Assembly (NCBI GenBank): GCA_951406725.2
Contig: OX597827.1
Span: forward strand, 51,584,001 to 51,648,000
Direction of reading: 5' to 3'
Length of the DNA: 64,000 nt
From: Octopus vulgaris
Taxonomy: Eukaryota
Position 1 is the first letter of the stretch. Every line of letters begins with the position of its first letter. Made by a program: the position numbers and the translations under genes. Shown piece by piece: positions 39,692-52,305 of this stretch. The notes beneath the pieces are model-generated. The model was not told the origin of the DNA, ran no database searches, and saw only the letters and a list, made by a program, of their open reading frames with translations.

Positions 39692-39913
39692 CCCTTTTGA
39701 TACCAACCCGGCTGAAACCACCTCTGGCTCTGTAGTACAAATGTCTTATTTTCATAAGTTTTGAATTAAAATCTTCCACCAAACCTTAGTCACAATTTAT
39801 GTTCCTAATACCAGCTTAATGATAACTAAGCTATTTTACTAAATTCATTGTTATATTCAAAATTAATTGAAAGAAACACAGAGCATCTCAAAATAAATAT
39901 GGTAACAAAAGGG
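39692..39913. mobile_element. piggyBac-like MITE
   Basis: TTAA on both sides; TIR CCCTTTTGATACC/GGTAACAAAAGGG. Confidence 0.85.
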
Positions 39914-40271
39914 TTAAATCTATTATTATTAATAGTAGTATTCCTAATTTCTACACGTTAACTTTTACAATTATTAGCATTATCAAAAATTCCTGAGAGT
40001 TTTTCTCTTTTATCCTAATACTCAAGAAAACTATTTTTACTTATTTATGAACCCAACTGATCATTATCCCAATGTTTATACTTTAACAGATCAGTTGTTA
40101 GGTTAGACAAGTATTTATCCAGTACTGAAGGATGACTTCAGGACACTGAATCTTTTGGAGGAGATGACAAAGGCCCAACATATCTAATGCCTTACTGCAC
40201 TCAAGAAGCTCCGTCCTCCACACCAGAAGTGTTAAGGCTGAAACATGAATAGATAAATATATACACGTGTA

Positions 40272-40309
<38 letters not shown>

Positions 40310-40574
40310 CTGGACTCTTACAGCTGACATGGAGCGAATAAATTAAGGCATCTGAGCACAAGTGCTTCACAAGGCTATTACACATCCTATTTAGTCAAGC
40401 AGTAAGTCAACAAATACACTAGCAGACAAGAACCACTTCTAGCACAGATAAAAAGATGAAGGCTTGCCTGTTATAGTCATGTATCTCACCACAACTCACA
40501 GTCCAAAACAATTCTTCAGAGCACAGTTGAGAGAGGACAAAAGAGAATCAGAGAAAATCCTGGTTTGATAATAT

Positions 40575-40789
40575 CTATTTCTTTACTACTCACAAGGGGC
40601 TAAACACAGAGGGGGCAAACAAGGACAGACAAACGGATTAAGTCGATTACATCGACCCCAGTGCGTAACTGGTACTTAATTTATCGACCCCGAAAGGATG
40701 AAAGGCAAAGTCGACCTCGGCGGAATTTGAACTCAGAACGTAACGGCAGATGAAATACGGCTACGCACTTCGCCCGGCGTGCTAACGTT
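40575..40789 (-). mobile_element. SINE family A (young, CpG-intact)
   Basis: Reverse complement of 1338-1570. Confidence 0.9.
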
Positions 40790-40954
40790 GGTAAGTGAGC
40801 CTGTTACACATGACAGAGAAAGTAAACCAGTGGTGAGACAGCTAACTAAGAAAGTGTCTAGAGTAGCACCCTAATGACTGGCTGCATCAGTTAAGGGATT
40901 TTGATGATGATATTGATGACATATATTTAGCTAGCCAAGCAGTGTTTAGCCATA

Positions 40955-41133
40955 AGTAAACTTTAGGTTAGTTAAAATATGTTTGTGACATATTTGTACT
41001 TGGTATCTGAAGATAAGGTATTTTTATACCTTTTACCATGAGAGAATTTTTTCTCCACAGTAACTGCACCAAATTTGCCTTTAGAAGTTGAAATTTGTCA
41101 TAAACATATTTTAACTAACCTAAAATTTACTAA
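40955..41133. repeat. Short fold-back with hammerhead-like remnant
   Basis: TTTAGGTTAGTTAAAATATGTTTGTGACA/TGTCATAAACATATTTTAACTAACCTAAA; internal CTGAAGA-AAGGTA/TACCTT lacking GAAA. Confidence 0.55.
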
Positions 41134-41647
41134 ATACAATACTTTAAATCATATACATTAAATCAGATTATTAATTAATATATTTATTTAATAAACATCC
41201 AAATACAGTCTAATACCCATTAAGCAATTAATACTAAAAGCTTAAAATTAATTGATATACACACTGCTAGTACAAGCCATTAATACTGGAATCAAAATAA
41301 GAAATGGTTCAAATATAGACACACTCATTAAATAAACTAACTATATAATTAATATATATGTGTAGTTTCTATAGATTTAATATATCACTCAATAATATAG
41401 TTGACCAAAATATCAATTAATATAAAACCTAATTTACTTAAAGTTAATACCTAATTATTAAATAATATATTGTCTAACAAAATTAATTCTCAAATTGAAT
41501 TAAATGTAATATGTTAGATCCTTTTATAAAAATAATAAATCATTCTAAATAAATAGATATAATAATTAATAACTATCATAACTTATAACTATCAATATAT
41601 ATATAAATGATATAATGTCGAAATCTAGGTAATTAAAATTCATTAAA

Positions 41648-41865
41648 ATGACAGATCTGTCAGACTTTCAAAGAGGTCAAATTGCTGGTGTTCGTATGGC
41701 AGAAGCTAGTGTAATGAAAACAGCCGCAATGTTTGGTGTATGAAGAAGTACTCTCTCGAAAGTAATGACAGCCTTTAACAAAGAGGGAAAAACTTCCTTG
41801 TCAAAACAAAACTCTGGAAGAAAATCAAAATTTTCAGATAGGGACTGTTGGACTCTTATGCGAAT
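41648..41865 (+). pseudogene. Tc1-type transposase N-terminal relic
   Basis: MTDLSDFQRGQIAGVRMAEASVMKTAAMFGV*RST...NSGRK, an HTH region. Confidence 0.65.
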
Positions 41866-42938
41866 AGAAAATGGACAAAATTTGGCATCATGGTGTTATC
41901 AAGTACCTCCAGACAAAAGGGTTAAGCCTCCATTCTGACATGGTTGCTACATTAGGGAATGATGCTCCAGTTCTATCAACAGTGCAAAAGTGGGCAGCTG
42001 AATTTAGGAAGGGAATAAAGAGTCTTAAAGACGACCCATGGTTTGAATTCCTGCAAATGCTATCACCAAGGTAAACATTGATAAGGTCACCACATGATGA
42101 TGGCTGGAAAGGCAATTGACAATAAATCAAATAGCCAATGCTGTTAGTATATTCTGTGAGAGAGTTGAGAACTTGGCATGACAAAGGTTTCTGCTCAATG
42201 GGTGCCATACCTTCTGACATAAGATCAAAACCACACGACGCTGATCACATCAAGGGAAAAATTTGACATTGCTTCAGGCAGATCCAGCTGGTTTCTTTGA
42301 ACATTTTCTAACCCAGGATGAATGTTGGGTTCACCACTTTGAGTCAGAGACAAAAAAAAACAATCCATGCACTGGAATCATCCTTCCTCACCTACTCCAA
42401 AGAAGGCCAAGGTTGTTTTATCTGCAGAGAAGGTGATGACCTCAGTTTTTGGATGCAAAAGGCATGGTGTTTATTGACTATTTTCAAAAGGGCCACATTA
42501 TCAGTGGAGAGCACTATGTCTACTTACTGAGACAGTTAAAAAATGCTATTAAGACCAGTGCTCAAGAAAACTGATGAAAGGGGTCTTATTTCATCGAGTC
42601 CTTGGCTTTAATCGCTGCTGTGCATGAATGTGGTTTTGAACTAGCTGATCACACTCCCTATTTTCCTGATTTGGCCCCATCTAACTATCAGCTGTTCCTC
42701 ACATGAAAAAACAATTGGCTGGGATCACAGTGATGATGATGATGCCATATCAGCTGTTGATGACTTTTTTGACCAGCAGGATGAAAGCTTCTTCACCAAC
42801 AGGATCAAGCACTGCAACACCAATGGTAGACAAAAGTGTGTGGATTGTGAGGGGCACTATGTTGAAAAATAAACCCCACTTGATCACATTCTATGAGAGT
42901 ATCTTGGTCAACCTATGAACTTTTCAGCCAACCCTAAC
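41866..42938 (+). mobile_element. mariner transposase pseudogene (copy 1)
   Basis: MDKIWHHGVIKYL...STVQKWAAEF; WVP motif at ~42199; PYFPDLAPSNY (YSPDLAPSD) at ~42655; frameshifts and stops. Confidence 0.9.
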
Positions 42939-42954
42939 ATATAAACATATATAT

Positions 42955-43078
42955 TGCCTTTCATCCTTTCGGGGTCGATAAATTAAGTACCAGTTATGCA
43001 CTGGGGTCGATGTAATCGATTTAACCCCTTTGTTTGTCCCCTCTATGTTTAGCGCCTTTTGGGCAATAAAGAAATAAT
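42955..43078 (+). mobile_element. SINE family A, 5'-truncated
   Basis: GCCTTTCATCCTTTCGGGGTCGATAAATTAAGTACCAG core. Confidence 0.9.
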
Positions 43079-43081
43079 ATA

Positions 43082-44459
43082 TACTGGATCATCCCATAAA
43101 TAATGCAATTTTTTCAATTGCATGAACTAAAAGTCAGAGGGGGATGGGATAAACTACCTGCATCAATTTGCTATAAAAGTAGGTAGTACTTGTCCTTATT
43201 CTTAGTGCAAGTTTTGAAGAGTGCAGTTTGATTTTAACAGTTATTTTTTGCAAAGCTATAATGGACGTGACAAAGGAGCATATTCAGCATATTTTGCTTT
43301 GTGAGTTCAATGGTGATCTCTGGGGCCACATCCAGCAAGTGCATGAAGGAAGGAAGCAAGCACATTATAAACATATATAAAAATATACATATGTAACTAT
43401 ATATATATATATGGAAAGTGTGAGAAATATTGATGTAGTATATGGGGATCAGACAATAAGCATAAGCCATTATCAATGGTGATTCCAGAAATTCTGAGCT
43501 GGAAACTACAGCCTAGAAGACAAGCCCCATCTAGGAAGATCTGTAGAGCTTGACGAGGACATCCTGCAAACCCTGTGGAACAAAACTGTTGAGGACTAGC
43601 TGAGAAGCTTGGATCTGGCCACTCAACCATTCATTGACATCTGCGTGCCATTAGAAAAGTCAGCAAATTTTATCAATGGATTCCTCACAAACTTTTGGTG
43701 TCTAATCGCATGCAGAGAGTGAATGTGTGCTCTTCTTTGCAGTCATGTTTCACAAATGAACCTTTTTTGGACCAAATAGTGATGGGTAATGAGAAATGGG
43801 CTCTCTATAAAAATGTCAAATGCCGAAGACAGTGGGTAGAAAAAGGAGAAACACTGGCGCTCCAGGCTAAAGAAGGTCTTCGCTCCAGGCTAAAGAAGGT
43901 CTTCCCCCACGGAAGGTGTTGCTATCTGTTTGGTGGGATATGAAAGGTTTAGTCCACTTTGAACTTATAAACCCAAACCAAACAATAACAAAGGCGATCT
44001 ACTGCAAGCTTGAGCGGCTTAAGTAAGCGCTGGAAGAAAAACAACCATGTTTGGTTTCAAGACAAAAGGCATTCTTCCATCAGGATAATGCTTGGCCACA
44101 CACAGCGAGGATGACATTCCAAAGGCTGGAGCAGTTCGAATGGGAAATGGTGTCCCACCCACCATATTTACCAGACATTGCCCCATCTAATTATTATTTA
44201 TTCCGCAGTCTTCAAAATCATTTGAACAGAAAAAATATGAATTCTGTAGACGAGGTTAGAACACTATTGGAGGAGTATTATTCATTATGGACAAGAGAAT
44301 TTTGAAAGAGGGGGCCTTGCAAGTCTACCAAATAGATGGAAGAACATTGTAGAAAATGAAGGAGAGTATATTTTAGATTAAAAAAGAACATTGTTTATCT
44401 TAATTTTGAAAAATAAAAGAAGTATAAAAAAACCGCATTATTCATGGGATGACTTAATA
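43082..44459 (+). mobile_element. mariner element with both TIRs (copy 2), inactive
   Basis: TIRs TACTGGATCATCCCATAAATAATGCAATTTTTT and its complement at ~44425-44459; ATG at 43261; WIPH, IVMGNEKW, HQDNAWPH and HPPYLPDIAPSNY motifs; 23-bp tandem duplication at ~43858-43904. Confidence 0.92.
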
Positions 44460-44760
44460 CATATAAACATTGGATGCAGCAGCTGTGGGCTAGAAGAGGC
44501 CTCATGGCAGGCCCCACACCAAATGGCTGAATATGATTGGAGAAGATCTCCAGGGGCTCAATGCCACCTTGGAGGATGCAGAGGGGCTGGCACAGGACCA
44601 CCAGTGAGGGATGAGTCATTAGTTAATGCACTTCTGCTGGTGGATCTGGTTTGGCTCTATGCATGGTGATCTCTGGGACCACATCCAGCAAGTGCATGAA
44701 GGAAGCAAGCAAACACATATAAACATATATAAAAATATACATATGTAACTATATATATAT

Positions 44761-44915
44761 AGGTGTAGTGTGGCTGTGTGTTAAGAAGCTTACTTTCCAA
44801 CCACATGGTTCTGGGTTCAGTTCTACTGCATGGTACCTTGGGCAAGTGCCTTCTACTATAGCCTCGAGCTATAGTAGATTTGGTAGACAGAAACTGAAAG
44901 AAGCCCATCATATAT
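44761..44915 (+). mobile_element. SINE family B 5' half (3' half resumes at ~45950-46160)
   Basis: Head and core are here and the tail is ~1 kb downstream, consistent with a nested insertion. Confidence 0.7.
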
Positions 44916-44928
44916 ATATATGTGTGTC

Positions 44929-45850
44929 AAAAAAATTAGTTCTGAGAGCCACAAATAGATACTAACCTCAATTACGTTTACGGGGAGCGGGCACAGCAAA
45001 CTAAAATGATCTTTCCCTTGTGAGATGGATTCACAAAAGAAATAGCTGGATGATGCTTTACTACGTGATTTCAAAGTTTAACCAAGAGGTTTTGTTTCTC
45101 TTCAAAAGCATCTACTGATTACTTAGGGCTAAATAGTTTGCTTTGTAATATTAAATGAGAATAGGAAACCATTGATAAGCCGTGCAAAATTCAAATGGTT
45201 AGAATGTATAGTATCAATACAAGAAGATACAACAATGGTATATTAAACATATTTAGCACCAGTGATTGCTAAAAATAAGAATGAAAAATTAACTCTGAGA
45301 GCAACAAAAAGACACTAACCTCAGTTACATTTACAGGGAGCAGGCGCAGCAAACTAAAATAATCTTTCTCTTGTGAGATAGACTCACAAAAGAAATAGTT
45401 GGATAATGCTTTACCATGTGATTTCGAAATTTAACCAATAATGTTTCGCTTCTCTTCAGAAGTATCTAACAACTTCTCAGATCTAAATAGACAGTTTGCT
45501 TTGTAATAGGAAAGGCATGGAGCTGTAGAAACCATGCCAAAGCATACAGTAGAGCTTAGCCCAGTCTCCTGGATTGCCAGCTTGTCAAACCATCCATCTG
45601 ATGCAATTTATCAATGGTTTCCTATTCTCATTTACTATTTATGAAGATCGTTTTAGTTTGCTGTGCCTGCTCCCTGTAAAAGTAATTGAGGTTAATGTCT
45701 TTTTTTGACTCTTATTTTTAGCAATCACTGGTGCTATTTTGCACCCTTTATTAATTACTTTTTGGTTTTTAATTGCTAGCCACACATACTCTTATGTGTT
45801 TAATATATCTTAATATATCACTGTAATATCTTCTTGTATTGATTATATAT
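44929..45850. repeat. Direct repeat pair (~44929-45150, ~45284-45508) plus inverted partial copy (~45610-45845)
   Basis: CTAACCTCA(A/G)TTAC..GGGAGC..CAGCAAACTAAAAT occurs twice, and reverse-complemented at ~45650-45700. Confidence 0.8.
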
Positions 45851-47265
45851 ATATCATCATCATTTAGCGTCCGCTTTCCATGCTAGCATGGGTTGGACGG
45901 TTCAACTGGGGTCTGGGAGGCCAGAAGGCTGCACCAGGCCCAGTCTGGCCTCGTATGTATGTATTTGTATGTGTGTCTGTGCTTGTCACCCACAATTGCT
46001 TGGCAACTGATGGTGTGTTTACATCCCCGTAACTTAGCAGTTCGGCAAGAGACCGACAGAATAAGTACTAGGCTTACAAAGAATAGGTCCTGGGGTCAAT
46101 TTGTTCAATTAAAAGCAGTGCTCCAGCATGGCCACAGTCAAATGACTGAAACTAGTAAATAAGTGAAAAACGAACATATATACATAACATCATCATCCAT
46201 TTTCCATGCTGGCATCAGTTGGGTGGCAATCCAGAAGACTGGACTAAGCTCTACTGTATACTTCAGCATAGTTTCCATAGCTCCATGTCTTTCCTAATAC
46301 CAACTGCTTTACAGAGTGTACTGGATGCTGTTTACATGGTACCAGTGAGATCACCAAGTAACTTGCAAGACAAGACCCCCTCAACTGAGTGGGGGCGGAG
46401 TAGTATTGAAGGAGGTGGCTTTGAGTATGACAAAAGAAATGAAACAGGTGTCTTGCTATAGAAGAGATAAATGACTACACCACACTACAAAGGTAAGTAG
46501 CAGTAATTAGAAAGATGAAGATTAAAGATGATGGTAGTGATGGTGTACAAGGGCAAATTCACAAGGTAGGTGAGCATAAGGGAGGATATGGTCAGTGGAT
46601 CAGGGCTAAGGGGAGGGTGTGAAGGTTTATAAGAATGTGAAGAAAGAATATCAGATGGTTAGAGAGGTGGGCAGGGATAACATATGCACACACACATACA
46701 CATATATACATAAACATACATGTATATGTGTGTGTGTGTGTGTGTGCACATCAATCTTTACACATATACACAGATATGCATATATACATACTATATATAA
46801 ATATATACACACACACACAGATACCTACATATATATACACACATATAGATACCTACATTTTATATATATACACACACACATATATATGCATTCACTTTAT
46901 TCCACATATATGTAAATATGCATACATGCACACACACATTTGCATTACGAATATTCATTTATATAATAATAATATGCATTATGTGTACTCATATATTTCT
47001 CTACTATTTATATATTTATATATATTTGTGCATTTATGTGTTCATATACATATATTCGTGCATTATATATACATATACAAGCGTGTTTATTTTTGTGTGC
47101 ATGTGCTTTCTTATATATGTTCACATGGAAATAGAAAGAAAACTGAACAGAAAGAGCCTAAAAGCACTTCGAAGTTTATTAGATCCATTCTTGTCGATTC
47201 TTTCCTCCTGTTCCCTTTTCCCAAGTCCTTTGTTTCACTGTTGAGACTGTATTAATGTTATGTGT

Positions 47266-47298
<33 letters not shown>

Positions 47299-47892
47299 CC
47301 GGTTTATATGAACAGAGATAATATCGGATGATGAAAAGGTAATACAGGGAACTGATACTAATGGAAGAATTGGTTTTTCACATCTCCCCTCTCTTCCACG
47401 TCAAAGAGGGGCGAGCAGAAGCCCATTAACTAACGACTCGTCCATGTTGGCAATTAGGTATGTATCACTCACTCTCAATTGACACATGAAACATTCAAGA
47501 CACATAGACGAGTAGACTGCGATCAAAGATGGAAATAGAAGTGGAAGAAATACACAATGGCTTATACGAACCCGATGTATCTGTTTATTACATGTATATG
47601 TAAGTATATGCATATATCGTTTTCTTTGGCTTTCACAGCTAACACTTCCAAATTGCCATCCGTAAGCGACTGCTCCGGACTATCGGTGTCAAATCCCCTC
47701 CCGAAATATAGACCGGCTTCAGCTACCATTATGCAAGTACATCCCCGTAAAATAATGGTAATTATGTGTGATATACATCGAGACAGAGAAGTCGTGTGGT
47801 CTATATTAGAACAAGATGTGGTACCTCACTCTACATACCACAATAAATTAAATAAACTACTTTAATTTGTATAGCCACACTTTCTGTATGTG

Positions 47893-48008
47893 TAAACTTT
47901 TACAAGGAAAGGGTTGACAGTAACTCCGAAGCTTCGTCAGACCGTCTAATGAAGGCGCGCAAGATGAAACTGCGAAGTGACTGTTAACCTTATCTTTTCA
48001 AAAATTTA
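47893..48008. repeat. Fold-back with degenerate hammerhead core
   Basis: GGTTGACAGTAACT/AGTGACTGTTAACC arms; GACCGT-CTAATGA-AGG...GAAAC. Confidence 0.5.
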
Positions 48009-48503
48009 AAAGGCATGCACTCTACAAAAAGGTATTGAATAATCTTGAATAATGTTAAATTATCTATACATATAACTTGACATAAAAGTAAACATTTATG
48101 TGTGTGTATACATTTAGACACACACATCGATAGATAGATGGTTATGCATGCATGTAAGCGTAGTCAACAACGTTGTTATAGTACAAAATAGTGTTGGTAT
48201 ATCCTTTCTCTGCGCTATGATACTACTGGGATGCTGTTTTACTTTCATAATTTTCGGGCGTTGTTTATGACCCATTAAAATAGGGAGGTCCTTGTGTCAC
48301 TTTCTTGCTTCTGCTAAATATCAATAAAATATACACATATACTCATGTTTTGAGTTCTATTTTTCCTGTTTGCACACACACACACACACATACACATATT
48401 ACAGACCTATAGTATCCTACCAACACGATACCTTCGTGGTTGTTTTCCCTCATTGTGAACCCTATATTATTCTAATGAATCATATAACTAACTAACCGGC
48501 TAA

Positions 48504-48506
<3 letters not shown>

Positions 48507-48557
<51 letters not shown>

Positions 48558-48682
48558 GTTTCCGTTTAACATATCCATTTACAAGGGTTTGGTTGGCCGA
48601 AGGCTATTAGTAGAAAATACTTGTCCAAGGTGTCATGCAGTGGGACTGAACCCGGAAAGGTGTGGCTGGGAAGCAAGCTTCT
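48507..48682 (-). mobile_element. (TA)n plus SINE family B 5' part
   Basis: TTCAGTTTCCGT...GTGGGACTGAACCCGGAA. Confidence 0.75.
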
Positions 48683-48899
48683 GTATTTCATGAAATTTGC
48701 CTTAAAGACAGTACACAGGTGGGACGAACAATGACAGACAAACACAAAGGGTGAAGAAGCTGCTTTTAGTTAAAAATTAATGTTCGTATGAATGATATGG
48801 TTACAGATATAATTTTAAAATGTATTTACATAGTTGCAAAAAGCAACAATTGGCCTCGGAAGGAAAGGAATCTAGCCAGCTGAGTAGAACCTTTGCTTT

Positions 48900-51051
48900 C
48901 TACCACTGACCCCACTTACCTGGTGCCGGTCACTCTCAACCTGCTTGCTACAAGCTTCCATCTTTTTACAAATGTACTCATCGACAGGTACTTCTACAGT
49001 CTGATCTTACTTATGAGGTGGTAACTAAAAAAGTTTACCAACCCCTGGCCGGAGACGAAGGTACTTGTCACTATCCCTCTTACACGCGTTTTTCATGCTG
49101 TTTCTTTCAGTATGGCTACTACGCAGAAAAAACAAGCCTTCCTTTCCCTGTCAAGGGAGAGAGGCGGTATAATCTCGATGATAGACTCAGCCTATAGCTG
49201 TATTCTTCCCATCGATAACAACTGTTGTTCTACGAAAACTATCAGTCACTTTAGTTCTGGACACTCCACAAATGCGTGCAAGACAGTTTCCCTGTCCTGC
49301 TCGCACCTTGGACATGTCGGCGAGACAGCACTTCCGTGCCTTGACAGTTTGTCTCGAACACGTAACGCCGCACGGAAACACTGTCAAGCCAGGGATTTCT
49401 GGTAATTATCCAGATACTCCGGTCTGAACAGGTTGATCAACTGATTTTCATCGTTGCTCAGGGTCTCCCCCAAGGCGCCTTCAGACATAAAGCCCACTAA
49501 CCCGCTATAAAAATCTGCGGTTGTACTCCTGCTGCCGGCATTGCCCGCCCAAGAGAGTAGCTGAAGTGCCTGACGGCACTCCAATTTCCAATCTCCCAGC
49601 CTAGGTCTCTGCTTGATCTATGCTCCAATGTCCGTTAAGGACGTTAAACACGGAAGGTAGAACCGGACTCGCAGTGACCACACCTGCTCCCCATCCAGGT
49701 AAAGCCAGAGGTGCCTCAACCTTAACGCGAGTTTTCGCATCTTCAGCCAAGGCATCCCTAGCGGTTTCTGGCAGCAGACAGAGCGCTTCACAAGCGGCTT
49801 TCCTCCATTCCACAAAAAGCGGAAAAGGATTCTCTCCAACTTTTTCATCCACAAATCGGGGCAAGACACCACGGTCAGACGGTAGGTGATAACTGATGCT
49901 ATAAACATCTGCACCACCTCCGCCTTTCCTTGCAAAGATAACGCCCGCCCAGACCAGGTCTGGGTTAGAACAGTCACCCTGCTGGTTACCTCACTCCAAT
50001 TTTTCTTTATCTGGAGGTCTGGACCAAACCAGACTCCGAGCAGCTTAAGAGGACCTTCCGTCCAACGCCCGACGACCTTTTGGACGTCATCGGCTTGCCC
50101 CTCCAGGTGCCGAGTTGCAAACCGACCAACTTGTCTTTGTTAACCTTTGCACCTGCCGCCGCCTCGTAACTTTTGATGGCCTCTTCCACCACTGGAAACT
50201 GGCCCTCATCCTCCACGATGATGGAGATGTCATCCGCATACGCCGTAGCTCCTCTTTCACAGATCATACGGAGCGACCCCTAGTGCCTCCAATTTCCGCA
50301 GCAATAGCTCAAGATCCAACACATACAGAAGCGGGGACAGGGAACACCCCTGACGCACTGAGCGTTCGATCCTGAATCGTTTCGAGAAGAAACCATTCAC
50401 TTTTACAACAGACTCGATGTCGCTGTACAAAGTAGCAATCCAACTGCGGAAGGTCGGACCCAGGCCAGCCTTCTCGAGGACCGCCGCCAAGTACCGATGA
50501 TCGACCCTATCGAATGCTTTAGACTGGTGTAAATGTACCAGTGCCCCATCCTAAGCCAGAAAGTTTCCCTCCCTTCTCTAAGGAGTATCGTATAAGGTGG
50601 AGATTGTCGCGGATCGACCTGCCTGGGATGACGCAAGTTTGCGCCCCCGCCCCCTAAGTCTGTCCACGACCCGCGCCAACCTTTTTGCTAGCACCTTGGC
50701 CAAAATCTTTAACTCTGCATTTAGCAGAGTTATGGGCCTAAAATTACTTATCTCGTCCCCCTTGCTCGGGTCCTTTCTGATCAGTGTCACCATCCCCCGG
50801 CTAGCAGACTTGGGAATTCTCCCATTTTGCTGCCAGTTGGCGCAAACGCTGGCCAGCAGGTGCCCGAACATGTCTGGCATGTTTTTATAAAATTCATAAG
50901 GTAGACCATCGAGACCTGGCGACTTCTCCCTGGGACATTCGATCACCTCCTCGGCTGTGATTGGCCCCTCACAGCACTCAGCCTCACGTGCCGAGAGATG
51001 CGGGTCGCCAGACAGGAAGTCCCTAAGGGCCTCACCATGATCCAGCAGGTG
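48900..51051 (-). mobile_element. L1/Tx1-clade LINE ORF2 relic (RT + zf-RVT), copy 1
   Basis: KSPGLDGLPYEFY, NFRPITLLNAELKILAKVLAKRL, SVRQGCSLSPLLY, AYADD, LSLQGK and CPRCEQDRETVLHAFVECP; frameshifts. Confidence 0.93.
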
Positions 51052-52305
51052 CATCCGGGAAAAAAGATACCTCCTTTTCGGTGACGCGCACAGTCAACAA
51101 TAGTGTTGTAAGCGCCTTGCTGGTCCGGAAGTAGTTTTGGCTCAGTTTCAATGACATAGCTGGCAAGAGCATCAATGTCATAGGATGTTTCTTGTAGGAT
51201 ATCTATGGGAAAGGTGTTTTACCCAGTCCAATAGGTTTGGGGAAGGTCATATGTGGGCAAAGTATTTCCACCCATTAAAACAATCTTGTTCTCTATATCA
51301 ATTAATGCTCTATTGTAGACTTCATAGCTGAAACTACTTCCATGACAGGAAACTGCAATTGTTTCAAATCTTCAGACAGATCATCTCTGTACATGACCCA
51401 CAAACAAGCAGGATCATACAGTTCACATGTTTGCTATAAATACTGCAAACATTGCCCTGAGACTTCTAGGTGACTGTGATACAGCAGCCTCTGCCAAAAT
51501 TTCATCCCACAATGAACCATCTTCTAGCGGTCCATGTTTAAAGCAGGCTTCTCGATATATAGCACAAACTTGTCCATCAAGAGTTTTTAGGTCTTGGAAA
51601 CACGTTGGTCCTCTGGCCTCATGCAGTAGCAGACGGAAATAGCAAACTCTCATGTTGGCTGGGATCCACTGTGTAAACTCTCCTCAGGCAATTGTCAAAC
51701 TTTATGCCAGGCTGTCCATCAACATCTTGACCTGTTTTTCTTCGTGTCCATGTCCTCTTGTTCCAGGTGTAGTAGGATGGTACCTGGGGATACAGCAAGG
51801 TTTGAGCAAATGAATCTACTTGGAAAATTTTGAAAAACACAGTGCAGTTGGTGTCCTTTGGTTTCTGTGCCAATTGAGCTGAATGTCTTTAATAGGAGTG
51901 GACAGTACAGGACTATTCATCTGTTGTTAACCGCATGTCGACCGATCTTTGCTGTAAATCCTTCATCTTCTGGTTTTCTTTGTTTGTATGATGCATATCG
52001 ATCGTCACCAGTATTGGTTTCTTGAAGAAAATGCCTGGGAAACTTTTTGGCGCACACATTCTTTCAAACATGGTAAGTTTATGTTGAAGCCACGCATGCA
52101 CGGACCATGCACTATGTTTGCCTTCACTATCACATGTAGTTCTTTGTCAGTAGATGAATCTGGAAACACTGCAGAGATAATCTTGTCAATGTCTTTGGAA
52201 TTGATTTTTAAGCAGAATGTGAGCATGTAGAAAGCCTCTTTTTTTGTCATTCAATTGTGTACATGTCACAATTTACAGTTCCAAATACCTGCCCTGTCTT
52301 GATCT
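51052..52305 (-). mobile_element. Helitron Rep-Hel internal fragment
   Basis: Frameshifted IE*QKRG..HAHIL (HUH motif), HGPC, LLYPQVPSYYTW, RVYTVDP, YFRLLL...GPTCFQDLKT..YREAC; ends at GGIFF.DAP, just before Walker A. Confidence 0.9.

Noticed and set aside
43261-44380. Domesticated or active mariner transposase
   Set aside because: Multiple frameshifts, stops, an insertion and catalytic D-to-N changes.
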